Assembly (NCBI GenBank): GCA_051362555.1
Contig: CM120646.1
Location: 7,502,001-7,566,000, forward strand
Direction: 5' to 3'
Origin: Lingula anatina
Taxonomy: Eukaryota; Animalia; Brachiopoda
Length of the DNA: 64,000 nucleotides
Shown here: one piece after another, positions 1 to 11,800 of the stretch
Numbering within the stretch: the first letter of the stretch is position 1
How the letters are laid out: the number at the start of each line of letters is the position of its first letter
Notes under the pieces: model-generated
What the model was told of the DNA's origin: nothing
What the model saw: only the letters and a program-made list of their open reading frames with translations
The model's database searches: none
Position numbers and translations under genes: made by a program

Positions 1-280
1 ATTTTCTTGTTTTACACCCGTGACCTTTTTTTGGCCAGTATACCAGTTTCAGTAGGAAATTTTGTCTGCTTCTATTAAGAAGATGTACATGCAAATGAAA
101 AGGGAAAAAAGTAGAAACCAATTTATCAATTTAGGCAGTTACTTTGTGTGCTGTCAATAGAAATATGGAGATGGAAGTGAAAAAAAAAGGAATAGTAAAA
201 TTCTAACCCTGGATTTGCATTTTTTGGAATGTTGGTACTGTTTTTATTTAGTTTGTCTGTTCAGTCTGTGGTTTGATTGA

Positions 281-335
<55 letters not shown>

Positions 336-1627
336 GTTGTGGTATGTTCCTGTGTCTTTGTACATTGTGATGTTGGAAATTTCAGCACATTTCACATACA
401 AACAGTTTAGAATAACTGGTGGAAAACTAATTGGGCATGAACTCACTTCAACACTAGGACAAGGCCTTGTGATTTTGTTCTTTTCAAATATAAGTTTGGT
501 TTTATTTGGAAAGAAGTGTAACTCACCCAATTTATATTATTTTATCATAGAGCATATTATGAAAATTATAATATTTAAGTATTTGAACCTCATCGAAAAA
601 GAATATTCTATAGTACAAAAAAGGTGAGTGTGCCAACAAAAATAAATATAGTTCTTCCAAATTGAACTGGTTGTATGGTATGTAGTGTGCTGAGGATGGA
701 TGAAATGATTGCTTTCAACTGAATGATCATTGATACACGGTGATAAGTTCAACTTTCTTATTTTGGATTGATCAATGCACTTTACTCTGACCATGCAGAA
801 TAAAAACACTTTTCAATATCTGCAGGCAAAAAAGATGCACTTTGCTACATTTTTAGAGCTTTCTTTGTTTAGCTTGAAAGGCAATTTGCTATTGCCTGAA
901 TATGTAGTTGAGAGGAGCTTTTTTTTTTCTTTTTCTTCTTTATTGAAGAGAAGATCACCTAGACTTTTTTGTCTTCTTCAACACAGTGGATGTGTAAATT
1001 TTATGAGCAAGTTCTGATTGGAAACATTAGAAAAAAGAAGAATTATTTGCAGGATTACTTGCCTCCCTTACAGAGCTATGTAAATGTAATTGCCATTTTT
1101 GCTTGGAAGATGATGATCTTATCTTTGTGGAACCAGAATGTTGACTTTAAGATTTTTTCTGTACTGCAAGTTTTGATATGGATTGTTATCATTATTATTA
1201 TTATTATTATGATACATTTTTTGCTAGCACTGTTTGTTTCTCTTGAAGTCATTTTATGTGGACAGAGACAAAGAATTGAAAACGTTTATGCATGTGTGGC
1301 TAAATCTGAATGCTTCTTACTTTTTTCATCCAAAAATTGTTTTTTTGAAAGTTAATTGCAATGAATGGATGTTTGGTATATTTGGTTTAACATCCTTGAT
1401 CTTTTAGACAAACAGCTACTCAGAATTGAAAACAAAGCAACTTAGGAGAAACACTTGCATATAAAAGTGCTATATTTAGATTAGCTGGTATGTTTTACTT
1501 GCTAGATAGAAACTAAAATGTTAGTCTTATAGAGGAATTAGACTGGTAGTTGCATATTAGTCTAGTAAGTAAGTTGGTTTGGGGAAATTTGGCGTAGTAC
1601 ATTAGAACTGCTTTTGTGTACATGTAG

Positions 1628-1768
1628 ATGTACGAAAACATCCGCTGAAGCAGGTGAAGTCTGCAGATTACTCCAGTAGTTCTGACAGCCGCTCTCCGGG
1701 CAGGCAGCGAGACATAGCTAAGTCATGCCATAATCTCACCATTCTGCCGACTATTGTCGTCACAGCAC
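1628..1768 (+). CDS. CLASP: Candidate alternative CLASP cassette exon (141 nt, phase 1-1)
   Basis: tgtag|ATG...GCAC|gtgagt. Open in the CLASP phase (xVRKHPLKQVKSADYSSSSDSRSPGRQRDIAKSCHNLTILPTIVVTA). GC/CpG-rich island in an AT-rich intron, length divisible by 3. The acceptor pyrimidine tract is weak. Confidence 0.6.
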
Positions 1769-2481
1769 GTGAGTGGCTTGATTGCTTGTTTGCTTGACTT
1801 CTAGTGAATTTTTTGATGAATTTAAACCCTTTTAACGAAGTTGCTTTCACTGTGATTGGCCATTTTCCTTATTATGCTCCATAGAAAGTCTTAACTGACA
1901 CTGATTGATTGGTGCTATTCACCTTTCGCTAAGATTGCTGTGCAGTTTTAGCTGTGCATCAGTAATGTGTTTTCAGCTATGGATATATTATTATGTATAG
2001 TTTGCACATTTCATATCTTTTAGACACAGTTTTAAGTCATAACTGGATAATTCATTTATAGTTTTCAACTTTCACACAGCAAAATTTTATATTGCTTAGG
2101 TTTTTTATTTCACTGTCTGAAATCAAGCTTCTGATCATAAATCACATCTTATAATTCATTTTAAGGTTTAAAATCATTTACAGAGTACAATTTTTACAAT
2201 TAAGACATTTTAGTTCACTTGTTCTCTACATTCTTTTAATACACTGTGCGTGTGACAGTTTGATTAAAGATCTTATTCACAAATGTACTTTTTTCAACTC
2301 ATTTTATTCATGAGGACGACATGTTGCCTATAGCTTAGTTCTAACTGCTGCAGTTTTACAGTTGCATAGTTGTATTAGCTTTCCTGCTTAAGAATGTTTT
2401 CCCATTTACTCATCTTACATGTGGCATGGATTTTTTTTTTTTACAGATAATCTATATAGCAACTTAAATTGTAAAAGGTTA

Positions 2482-2713
2482 GGGCTCATTTCAAATGAAA
2501 CTCTAGTTCATGGATTGATCAACTCCGTGGGGACGTACTGAATGCAATCAGGTTAACAGATAAATATGCCTCCCCTGAGTTGAATATTGAAAAGCTGGTG
2601 ATTATACAAATACTATAACAAGAGGAGGCATATTAACTGATTGCAATCAGAAAGAGTCTCCTCCGGAGTTGGATCGATCTAGGTGGAACAATAGTTTTAT
2701 TGGGAATGAGCCC
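2482..2713. mobile_element. PIF/Harbinger-like (Tourist-type) MITE, copy 1
   Basis: Long imperfect TIRs GGGCTCATTTCAAATGAAACT.../...AGTTTTATTGGGAATGAGCCC; TTA duplicated at 2479-2481 and 2714-2716. Confidence 0.85.
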
Positions 2714-4612
2714 TTAGAAACTGAGGGTGATATAAAGAGAACTATACTATTATGATATCTGTAAGCAGCTAGTTTATTAAATATTTTGCTAAAACTAACT
2801 GTGTTGTCAGAGTTCTTGTTACTTCTTATTGAACAGAATGTTGATTGAAAAATATATCAGGGCCTCTGATGCATGCCATTGTACCAAACAATGATGAATC
2901 CAAGGTGTATCCCAACAAACACGACAGAAGATTGAATAAACTACCAATAAATTTTGGGGTAAAAAAAAAAAAAGAGAGAAAAAAACAATTGGGTCGTGTT
3001 CAATGGTCATTCAGTGATACGTGCATGTATGTGGGTTTGTGTGAATTGTAGATCTTGTGATTTGTGGTTGTTTGAAATGGTGAATATATGCATGTTTTTT
3101 ATTTATTTATTTATTTATTTATTTACTTATTTAATGTTGAGTTGTTATCTAGTTTTTGTATACTGGTATTAAGGCAAGTACATGTTACTAAAATGATTTT
3201 TTCTTCAGGGTTCTTTTTTTACTCATTGTTACTTTCTAATCATCAAACGTAACACTTTATTAAAGGTAACATCATAGAAAATTAATAGATAATGATTTTA
3301 TCATTGACAATCTTCATGTGCACATTTCTGCATTAAGAAAGGGATAATATCAATTTACCCCCATTCGCACAACAAACCCATAAATATAACTGTTGGAAAT
3401 AAAATTAACGCTTTTGAATGACAAATCCCTTTGTAAACCAATTGGATTTACTAATTTTAGTTTCAGTAGAATTAACCATGTCCTAACCATGTTGTCATAT
3501 AATGTTGAAGGGATGGTTTAACAATGTTTAAGCATATTTCTGTGGCCAGCACACCCCAAACTGCATGCTTTCAAAGTTATATATTAAATATATATATATA
3601 TATATAGCTTTGTTCCGTAATGTGGGCTGATATGTGCAGCAAGTTCATGCTAAGCATCAGCTTTCATTTGTGAAAAGTAAAGCTTCTTCTCAGTTTGACC
3701 AGGCAAAAATACATAAGGAGAAGCATAATTTATGTATAATGTCATAGAAATTTTTAAGTAATCTAAAATTTAAGTTATTGATTTGGTTATCTGTCATCTT
3801 ATTGGATTTAGTCAAAAGAACAAAGAAAAAGCGTGAAAATAGTTAAATATCGGTCAAGGTCATTTTGTACTTACTGTTTTTAGAAAAAAAAAGTTGTGAA
3901 AAAATTCATAAACTGGCATGATAAGTTTACACTAACCATTGCATAAAACATGCCCAATACTAGTGCCATCTATTAGCAGTTTGATAAATGAAAGTTTTAT
4001 GAGTCAGTTTCAAGTTTTATGTCACACCATAATATTCTGTCAATCTTGAGAAACGAATATTATATCTTGTTCACCCTGAAAGTCAAATAATAGACAAGAA
4101 ACTTGTCATGTTCACAGTGAACTGATTAAAAGCAAGATTCCTCTTCAGTTCTGCTACACTGGTTACTACAACTCTCAGCCGTAAACAAAAAGTGAAAATT
4201 TAATTTTTTTTTTAAATTAATATCCTTGACACCACATATGATATTAGAAGTATGAAAGCCATAAATAAGCGTTGGACTGATACTTTCAAGTGAATCTAAT
4301 TCACACAGACATAGCAAGAAAAATGGAAGAATCTGTTGAAATCTCACTTGGACTTTCCATACTTTTGTTTAACGTTTAACCGGACAGATATTAAAATCTG
4401 TACAGTCATTAAATTTCCCAAATATCTGAAATGATATGAGCCCAATTAAGTTGTTGATTGATTTGCTGCAATGTTTTCAGTTTAAACAGAGTGATTTGGG
4501 CCGTTGTGTATTATAGTGATTATTATCATTATAGCTGGCTTGCGTGACCCATGCATGCTGCTTTGAATGCTAAACCAGGGCTTTTTCTCTCTCTTTCATT
4601 TACGCATATCAG

Positions 4613-4708
4613 CGCGGGATCGCAATCGGTCTGGATCCTACTCCTCTTCCATTAAATCTCCTGATCGCAGTCGACCCAGGTCGCGTATTGGAGTCTCCCA
4701 GTCACAGC
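4613..4708 (+). CDS. CLASP: CLASP exon (S/R-rich linker)
   Basis: atcag|...CAGC|gtaagt; RDRNRSGSYSSSIKSPDRSRPRSRIGVSQSQ. Confidence 0.85.
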
Positions 4709-7700
4709 GTAAGTCTGGCTTTTTTCTTGTCAACTTTTTTTTTTTTTTTTTTTTTTTTTTTACCTTGTATTTTGTGAGGTTGCTTTTTGAACTAGTGTGA
4801 TAAAGGCTAAGTATCAGACTACAGGGTTTTGTTCAACTGGAGTAAATAGATTACACATTTTAATTTTCAAATTTCTTGCTGATTTGATGACATAAGGTAG
4901 TCTTTTAAATTTAATTGGATTCCATTTGTAATCTTCTTACATTTTTAATTTTAATACAATTTACTTGACTGTATTGCCCTAAATGACAGAAAAAAAGAGA
5001 AAAGATTAAAGTTGTTGTGATACTTGGCTTTTTAATATTCCCCTATGGCTTTTGATGTTGTGAGATCTTTGCTGTGTGCTTTTAATGCCACAGAAATGTG
5101 TTGCGTTCACAATTTGTGCCATTTTGCACTTGGATGTTACATTGTGATTTTGAATTTCAGGATGAAAAAAACATATAAGATATTGTTGGTACTGTGTTGC
5201 TTTTTGCTAACATGTACTATTTCACCATAAAAAAAAAAAAAAAATGGAATTAATGTAGTGGTTTGAATTTGGTGGATTTTGTCTTTTCATTTTGATGATT
5301 TTTTAAAAATTTGTTTTTAGACTTTTATATTATTTGTAACAAAAAAAATTGAAATATTTGCCTTGAAGTATGCTAAGATGCTAAGATAAATACATGTCAG
5401 GACATGACATTTGGGCATTTCCATGAAGTTGTCAATGTGCTTTGATGTGTATACAGTGAAACCAAAATATGCATGTTTTCTTCCCCTTTGAGAAGATTGT
5501 TTTTATTTGTTCTGAAATATTGATGAAATTGAGGAAAAAAAACTATGCACATGGATATAACTGTCTTTCGTAACAATTTCAACAATTTTCCACCCTGTAG
5601 TATATGTTTGAATTTTTTCATTATTTTTAACATTTTCTCCAAGCAGTGCTTATAATTTGTACAGAACTCATTTAAATATCAAAGAAACCTGTTTCTAGGC
5701 ATATTACCACAGTTAGAATAATCTAGATTACGGTTGCAGTTAATTCAAAATAAACCATTTTTTATCTTCACTGGTATACTTGAGAACTACTTTATTCGCC
5801 CTCATGTTTTTGTAACCAAAGTGCTGTAAAGTCTAAGATTAAAAACGAAAGTGAATTTAAATCTGACCATGACCTCGACCTTGATACCATGCTTGGTTTG
5901 TTACCATACATTTGATTACCAGTATCTTGAGCCTGACATACTTATGTCTGCCTGCTTCTTCATTTTCAAACTCCATTATGTACCACTTCATTGGACTGTG
6001 ACATTCAGCAGCAAGTCTGATCAAAGTTTACCTCACAATTCTAAAAAAAATGTCCGGTTATTTATTTAAGATATTTCAGCTTTGTAGAAGGCCATATAGA
6101 CCATTGTGATCTTCATGGTAAACTTCAATGCAGCTCTTCTGTAGTTCAGATTTGATAAATGAACATGTGTAGACATTTGAAAATGAAAAAGCTGGCCCTC
6201 ATCAGCAGTGAAACTCCAGACTAGTCAGAGTTCCTATTGATAATTTGATAAATCTCAAACATAACCAGTAAATTTGATTTTTGAATGATATATTTGTTAA
6301 CAGCCAGCAGTCGTTCCGGTTCCCCATCATCCCGCCTCAGTTATCTCACTCACATCCCATCCAGAGTGGACAGTAATGCGTCCGGGGGCACCAGTAAGCC
6401 ACGCCGCTCTGGAATCCCGCGCAGTCAGGGTGCCAGCAGAGAGGCCAGCCCATCTAGAATCTCATATGGTAGGTTATGGTCTCATTGAGAGATTATACAG
6501 CATTTTAAGTGAATTTATTTGTGAAAGTTGAAAGTTGTGTGATTTCTTTTGGTAATTGGTTATGTTTAGTAAAAAATCAGTTGTCACTAAGTTAGGGATC
6601 ATAGTTTGTTTATAGCATTTATGCACAAATGATGTTTTAAGAATATGCTGTGTCTCTAGTCATTTATACAGTTGTGAGGAGATTATTTCATCATAAGCTT
6701 CCTGTTTTGTAAAACCATGACTTCATGATCTTCATTTTCTGGAAACTGCAATTATGTATTATGGATCACATTGTAAAATAGATAAAATGAGCATTCGTGC
6801 ATATAACACCACTGTAATTCTGGGTAAAGAATATTTTTGTGTTTTGAATCACCCTGTATTTCCACATAAAAAGGGTGTATATATATTATTACATCACCCT
6901 GTATTTTCAGGTCGTGACAGGAGGTTAAGTGGCAGTAGGCATGCCCCCCAGCGTGTCCCCACCAAGCAAGCCATGGGACAACACGTCTCAGGGCAGGACA
7001 TTGAACAGGCACTCGAGGAAGCTCTTCTCAAGGGCAACGCTCTGCGAAAGAGATACGACCTCTACGACTCTGATGATGCTGGAAGCGAGACCTCTAGTGT
7101 GTGTTCAGAAAGGTCGTACGGATCTTCGTACGGAAGGACGTCAGAGGTAGGAAAATGCAGTATGGTTAATCATTATTGGTAAAGGACATTGTAATTTTAA
7201 GATACTCTCTAGAATTGGCCCTCTCATCTAACATCTAAGAAATCATGAAATGACCTGAAAGCTTATTTAGTCATTTTAAGTAAATATTTTATTGAATTTT
7301 AAATAAAAGGAAAATGATTGAAGTTAAAAAAAAAAAAAAAAGAAAATGAAAAATATTCAACCTATTTTGCATGAAGTGTATCTATGATGCTTAAATTATG
7401 TATAAGTGGTTGTTACCGATTTGAAAATGTGTCGCAAGGTACTTTTAAACAGAAACAGATTGCAGTCTTTGAGATTGGTTTGATTTGAGTGATATGTTTA
7501 CTGTTTAATGTCTGAATGTCAGCTATATATCAGAGCTTTAAGTAGCTTTATGTTTAATGTTGCATGGAAAAAAGAAGTGATAGAATTGATTCCAAGATGT
7601 GGAAAAATGTGAGATATTTTGACAGATTCTGAAATGAATGTGTAAAGAAATTGTGCAAAGCTTGAGTATGAACAGAGAGCTGCAATAATTGAAAAATTGG

Positions 7701-8001
7701 GATATGGGTATATGTGAGTACTTGCAACCCCTCTGTGCTATGTATTTAAAAAATTGAAAGATTGAGCCACATCAGCAGAAGTCTGTTTTTCTTTGCTTGA
7801 GAAATAGCCATGTTTCAGAGTGTAAATATGCCTTTTATTAAAATTGTATAGGAGTGCTTTTGGTCGTCAGTTTATTTGCAGCTGTGTAGCCATAGGTTGG
7901 ATTTCAATGTTGAATTAATTGATGTTTGTGTAGGCTTCTTTATATATATTTTGACTAGGGTAGTGTATTGTCATTTCTCTCTCTTTCTCTCCCTCTCTCT
8001 T

Positions 8002-8033
<32 letters not shown>

Positions 8034-8795
8034 GCTCTCTGTCTCCCTCTCTGTGAATGTGTGTGTAATGTTAGCATGATCTTGCCATTATTCATGTCTA
8101 CAGGCTCAAACTTAGTAGTTCATGCAGTATAAATGTTGCATGCATGAACCATTTGAGCAGAATAATCTTTTCTAAAATTTCATAATTTCCCCTCTTAAAA
8201 ATAAATGGAATTATCTTCTGTCACTACTGAAATACTATATGTTCCTAATGCTATGATATAGTATATTCATGTAACTCCCTGCATGAGGTAATACAGTCAA
8301 CTTAAGATAGTTCTTGGTTAAGTCCTGGATGAGCAAGACTGACATTGGCAACCAGTCAGTTCCTTTAATTACAAAATTTAAACATGTATTTAATTGAAGT
8401 TATTTTACAATTCTAAATTTATGTGTAAATTTTGTTAGAGCCAGCTACCAGATGCAATTAGAAAGGTAATATTTGGTATAGTTACCATGTTTTAAACATA
8501 CCTTGTATAGATTTAGCTCTTGTAGTTCTTTATACTAGTATGCATTTACTTCAATTAATCTTCTAAGGTTAGATGTGATTCTCCATAGAAATGACTTTAT
8601 TATAGATTGTGTGAAATAGAAGAGCGAATGAATGCAAATATGAGTGGAATCACCTTTTTGTGAAGAAAAACATTATGTGATAGCTTTAAGAGTGAATGTT
8701 GTGGCCACCTAGGTTTTTATACTGTTACAAAGGAATAATTGAGAATTCTTGGAAAATTAAAAAAAAAGATACCTTACCTCTGCCCCCCCCCCCCC

Positions 8796-8851
<56 letters not shown>

Positions 8852-11800
8852 AACCACGAAAAGGATTATGTAGATCTGTACATTTTAGGCCCATAGGGAA
8901 CCGCCCTTTTTTATGTACAGACACAGATGTGTCTGTACATATAGCCATCATCTGCGTCTGTCGTCGCTGTCGTCGCCGTCGTCGCTGTCGTCGCCGTCGC
9001 CGTGCACTTTTACCGATAACACGATAAGTGGAAAACCATTTTACCTTTTGACTTGAAACTTGCAGAACTGATGAATATTCATAATACGCAGGTCAAGTTC
9101 GAAAATCAGCATGATCGGGTCACTTTTAGGGAATTTATGCTGTTTTTTCACTTTTTTCAGCATATATGCAGCACCGATAACACGATAAGTGAAAAACCAT
9201 TTTACCTTTTGACTTGAAACTTACAGAACTGATGAATATTCATAATACACAAGTCGAGTTCGAAAATCAGCATGATTGGGCCATTTTTAGGGGAGTTATG
9301 CGTTTTTTTCATTTTTTTCAGCATAAATGCAACACCGATAACACGATAAGTGAAAAACCGTTTTACCTTTTGGCTTGAAACTTACAGAACTGATGAATAT
9401 TCTTAATACGCAGGTCAAGTTCGAAAATCAGCATGATCGGGCCATATTTGTGGAAGTTATGCTGCTTTTTCACTATTTCAGCATATGTGCAACACCGATA
9501 ACACATTTCAAGGAAAATTAATTGGCCAATCGTCTTGAAATTCACAGGGGTGATCAAATATTCTAAAATACAGATGAGGTTCGAAAATAAGCTTGATCGG
9601 TTCAGTTTTGGTGAAATTGTGCCTTTTTTTGTATATGAGTCTTTTTTCCTCGGATTTAATTCTTAGGCATGTTAACAATCTCATTTGTGAACTAATTAGT
9701 AATGTAAAGGTGTTCTTTTGACATTTTCTGCATCTTAACAATATTGTTAGTTGATTATATAAAAATGATGGTAAACCTGTTATTGTGCATTGTGTAATAA
9801 AGTGCCAAAAATGGAAATAAACTCATATCTTTACAGTTTGTCAGATTCAATCATTCACCATGTTCAGAATCTCAGAATGGAACAAATTGGACATTTAAAA
9901 TTGTTCTATTGATATTTTTCCTATGTCAACAACTTTCTTAGTTGATCATTTAAAAACGACAGTAAATTGATTATTTTGATATATGTAAAAAAAAGTGTTG
10001 AAAGTGGAAAGAAATTCATTTCAGTACAGTTATCTCTTGTGTACATTTTGGCATTTTGAAGTTGTGACTCTGAACTTCCATGGCCCTGAAGACCTTTCCA
10101 TATCAAATTTTCTGAATATCAAAAGAGTCACGTGACATGTGTACGCTATAGACACTAGTGTAAACGCTCTGCTGTTTTCTGTAGATGAAATCTCTCCTTG
10201 GACACTGATCGAAATAACAAAGTTACAGGTGGACTATAAAGGTACACTGTATCAGGTAACGCACTTCATTATAGAAAAAACGCTCATTATAACGTGAAGA
10301 TTTGGATTTTTTCATTTGAACTATAGGCCTATATCTATACGTACAGAAAGAAACTGTCAAATTTGAGAAGTGCTCAACGTTACGCAATCGGAAGCTATAG
10401 TTCCTTTGTTACCCGAACAATAGACACAATGGCATCTAATAACCCCAGCGAAAACGAACAAAGCGGACAAAGGACCTCAGACAAAGTCCCGAAGAAAATG
10501 CTGCAACTACAGATCAACTCGACTCCCGCATATACACGGCACAGCAATGCCAGTGGGAAAAGACCACAAAAGAAGAAAAGAACAAGATCAAACAGCATGG
10601 ACTTAACAGAAAACATTACGGTAGACGAACTACGATCCATCCAAGCTACTCTAGCAGAGATTAAAAGTGAAATGATAAGAAAATCTGACGTTAAGGAAAT
10701 CATTGCCCAAATGAAACATGAAATCAAGCAGGAGGTGAAGGAGGATATTAAACAAGAAATGCAACAATACTTGACTGATAGACTCAGCCTCCTGAGCGAG
10801 AAAATAGATGCTCTATATCTGGAAAACGAATCCCTGCGTGAGAAACTCTCCAAACAAATCAGTGACACAAGGAAGTCCCTTGACAACCTAAAAGAAACCA
10901 GCCATTTGGCGAAAACAGCTGTGAGAATGGCAAACCACAACCAGCAGTATTCGCAGAAAAACAACATTAAGTTTTTAAACTGGCCGGAAAAACCAAAAGA
11001 AGACCTGAGGAGAGACCTCTGCCGCATCCTGAAGGAAAAGGTGAATGTGGACATAAGCCCCGCCTCAATTCTGGGAATCCACAGAATACCAGGTAACAGC
11101 GGTGGCGCAAGACCCGTTATAGCCAAATTCGTTAACACCGAGGAAAAAACGAAAGTTATCAAGCATAGACAAGCACTGAAAGGTAACTTTATAATGTTCG
11201 ATCACATTACTCAGAAAAATGCTGAGTTGATCAAAATTCTAAAAGGTAAAGAAGCTGTACATTCAGCCTGGTACTTCAATGGCAGAATATTTGCCATAAG
11301 AAATGACGGTCGCCGATATACATTCGACATATTCGACGATATCGACACCAAATTAAAACAATAAGCCTGAAAATGAACTTTATACGGACACTGAAATTTT
11401 AGACAATAAAAATCAATGTAAAACTGAAAGTAGTTATAAACAGCAGAGCGGTAACTGTTAGCTAGCCGCTCTAGCATCAAATTATTATTATCATTATTAT
11501 TATTTTTTTTTTTTTAATTACTAGTTAGTAGTACTATCCTGTGTATGTGTGTGTTTTCGATAGTTTGTCTTGGTGTGTATGTCAATTCTGGTAGAATGGG
11601 TACAAGTGGTCTATTGTATGCGTGGGTGGATGGAAGTGAATTTGATAATGCATTATATAGTATAACCGATATATATGTAGTTAAGTTATCCCTATTAGTT
11701 TGCAACAACGAAACACTTAGATTCGATACCTCAGTACGATTGCTTTACCTACACTTAGAATATGACTGTGCGATGTAAATTTATTTTCTGTCGTATATAC

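Noticed and set aside
286-334. 49-nt poly-T (also 44176-44225) producing poly-K/poly-F ORFs
   Set aside because: Homopolymers with no associated element body or TSD seen; their length may be a sequencing artefact.
9067-9105. CTGATGA...CGAAA in each 161-bp monomer, resembling a hammerhead ribozyme core
   Set aside because: Stem II cannot close (A opposite C next to the core), and no convincing stems I/III with a UH site were found.
9012-9630. Regularly spaced repeats suggesting a CRISPR-like array
   Set aside because: Whole monomers are homologous with no unique spacers; the context is eukaryotic and there are no cas genes.
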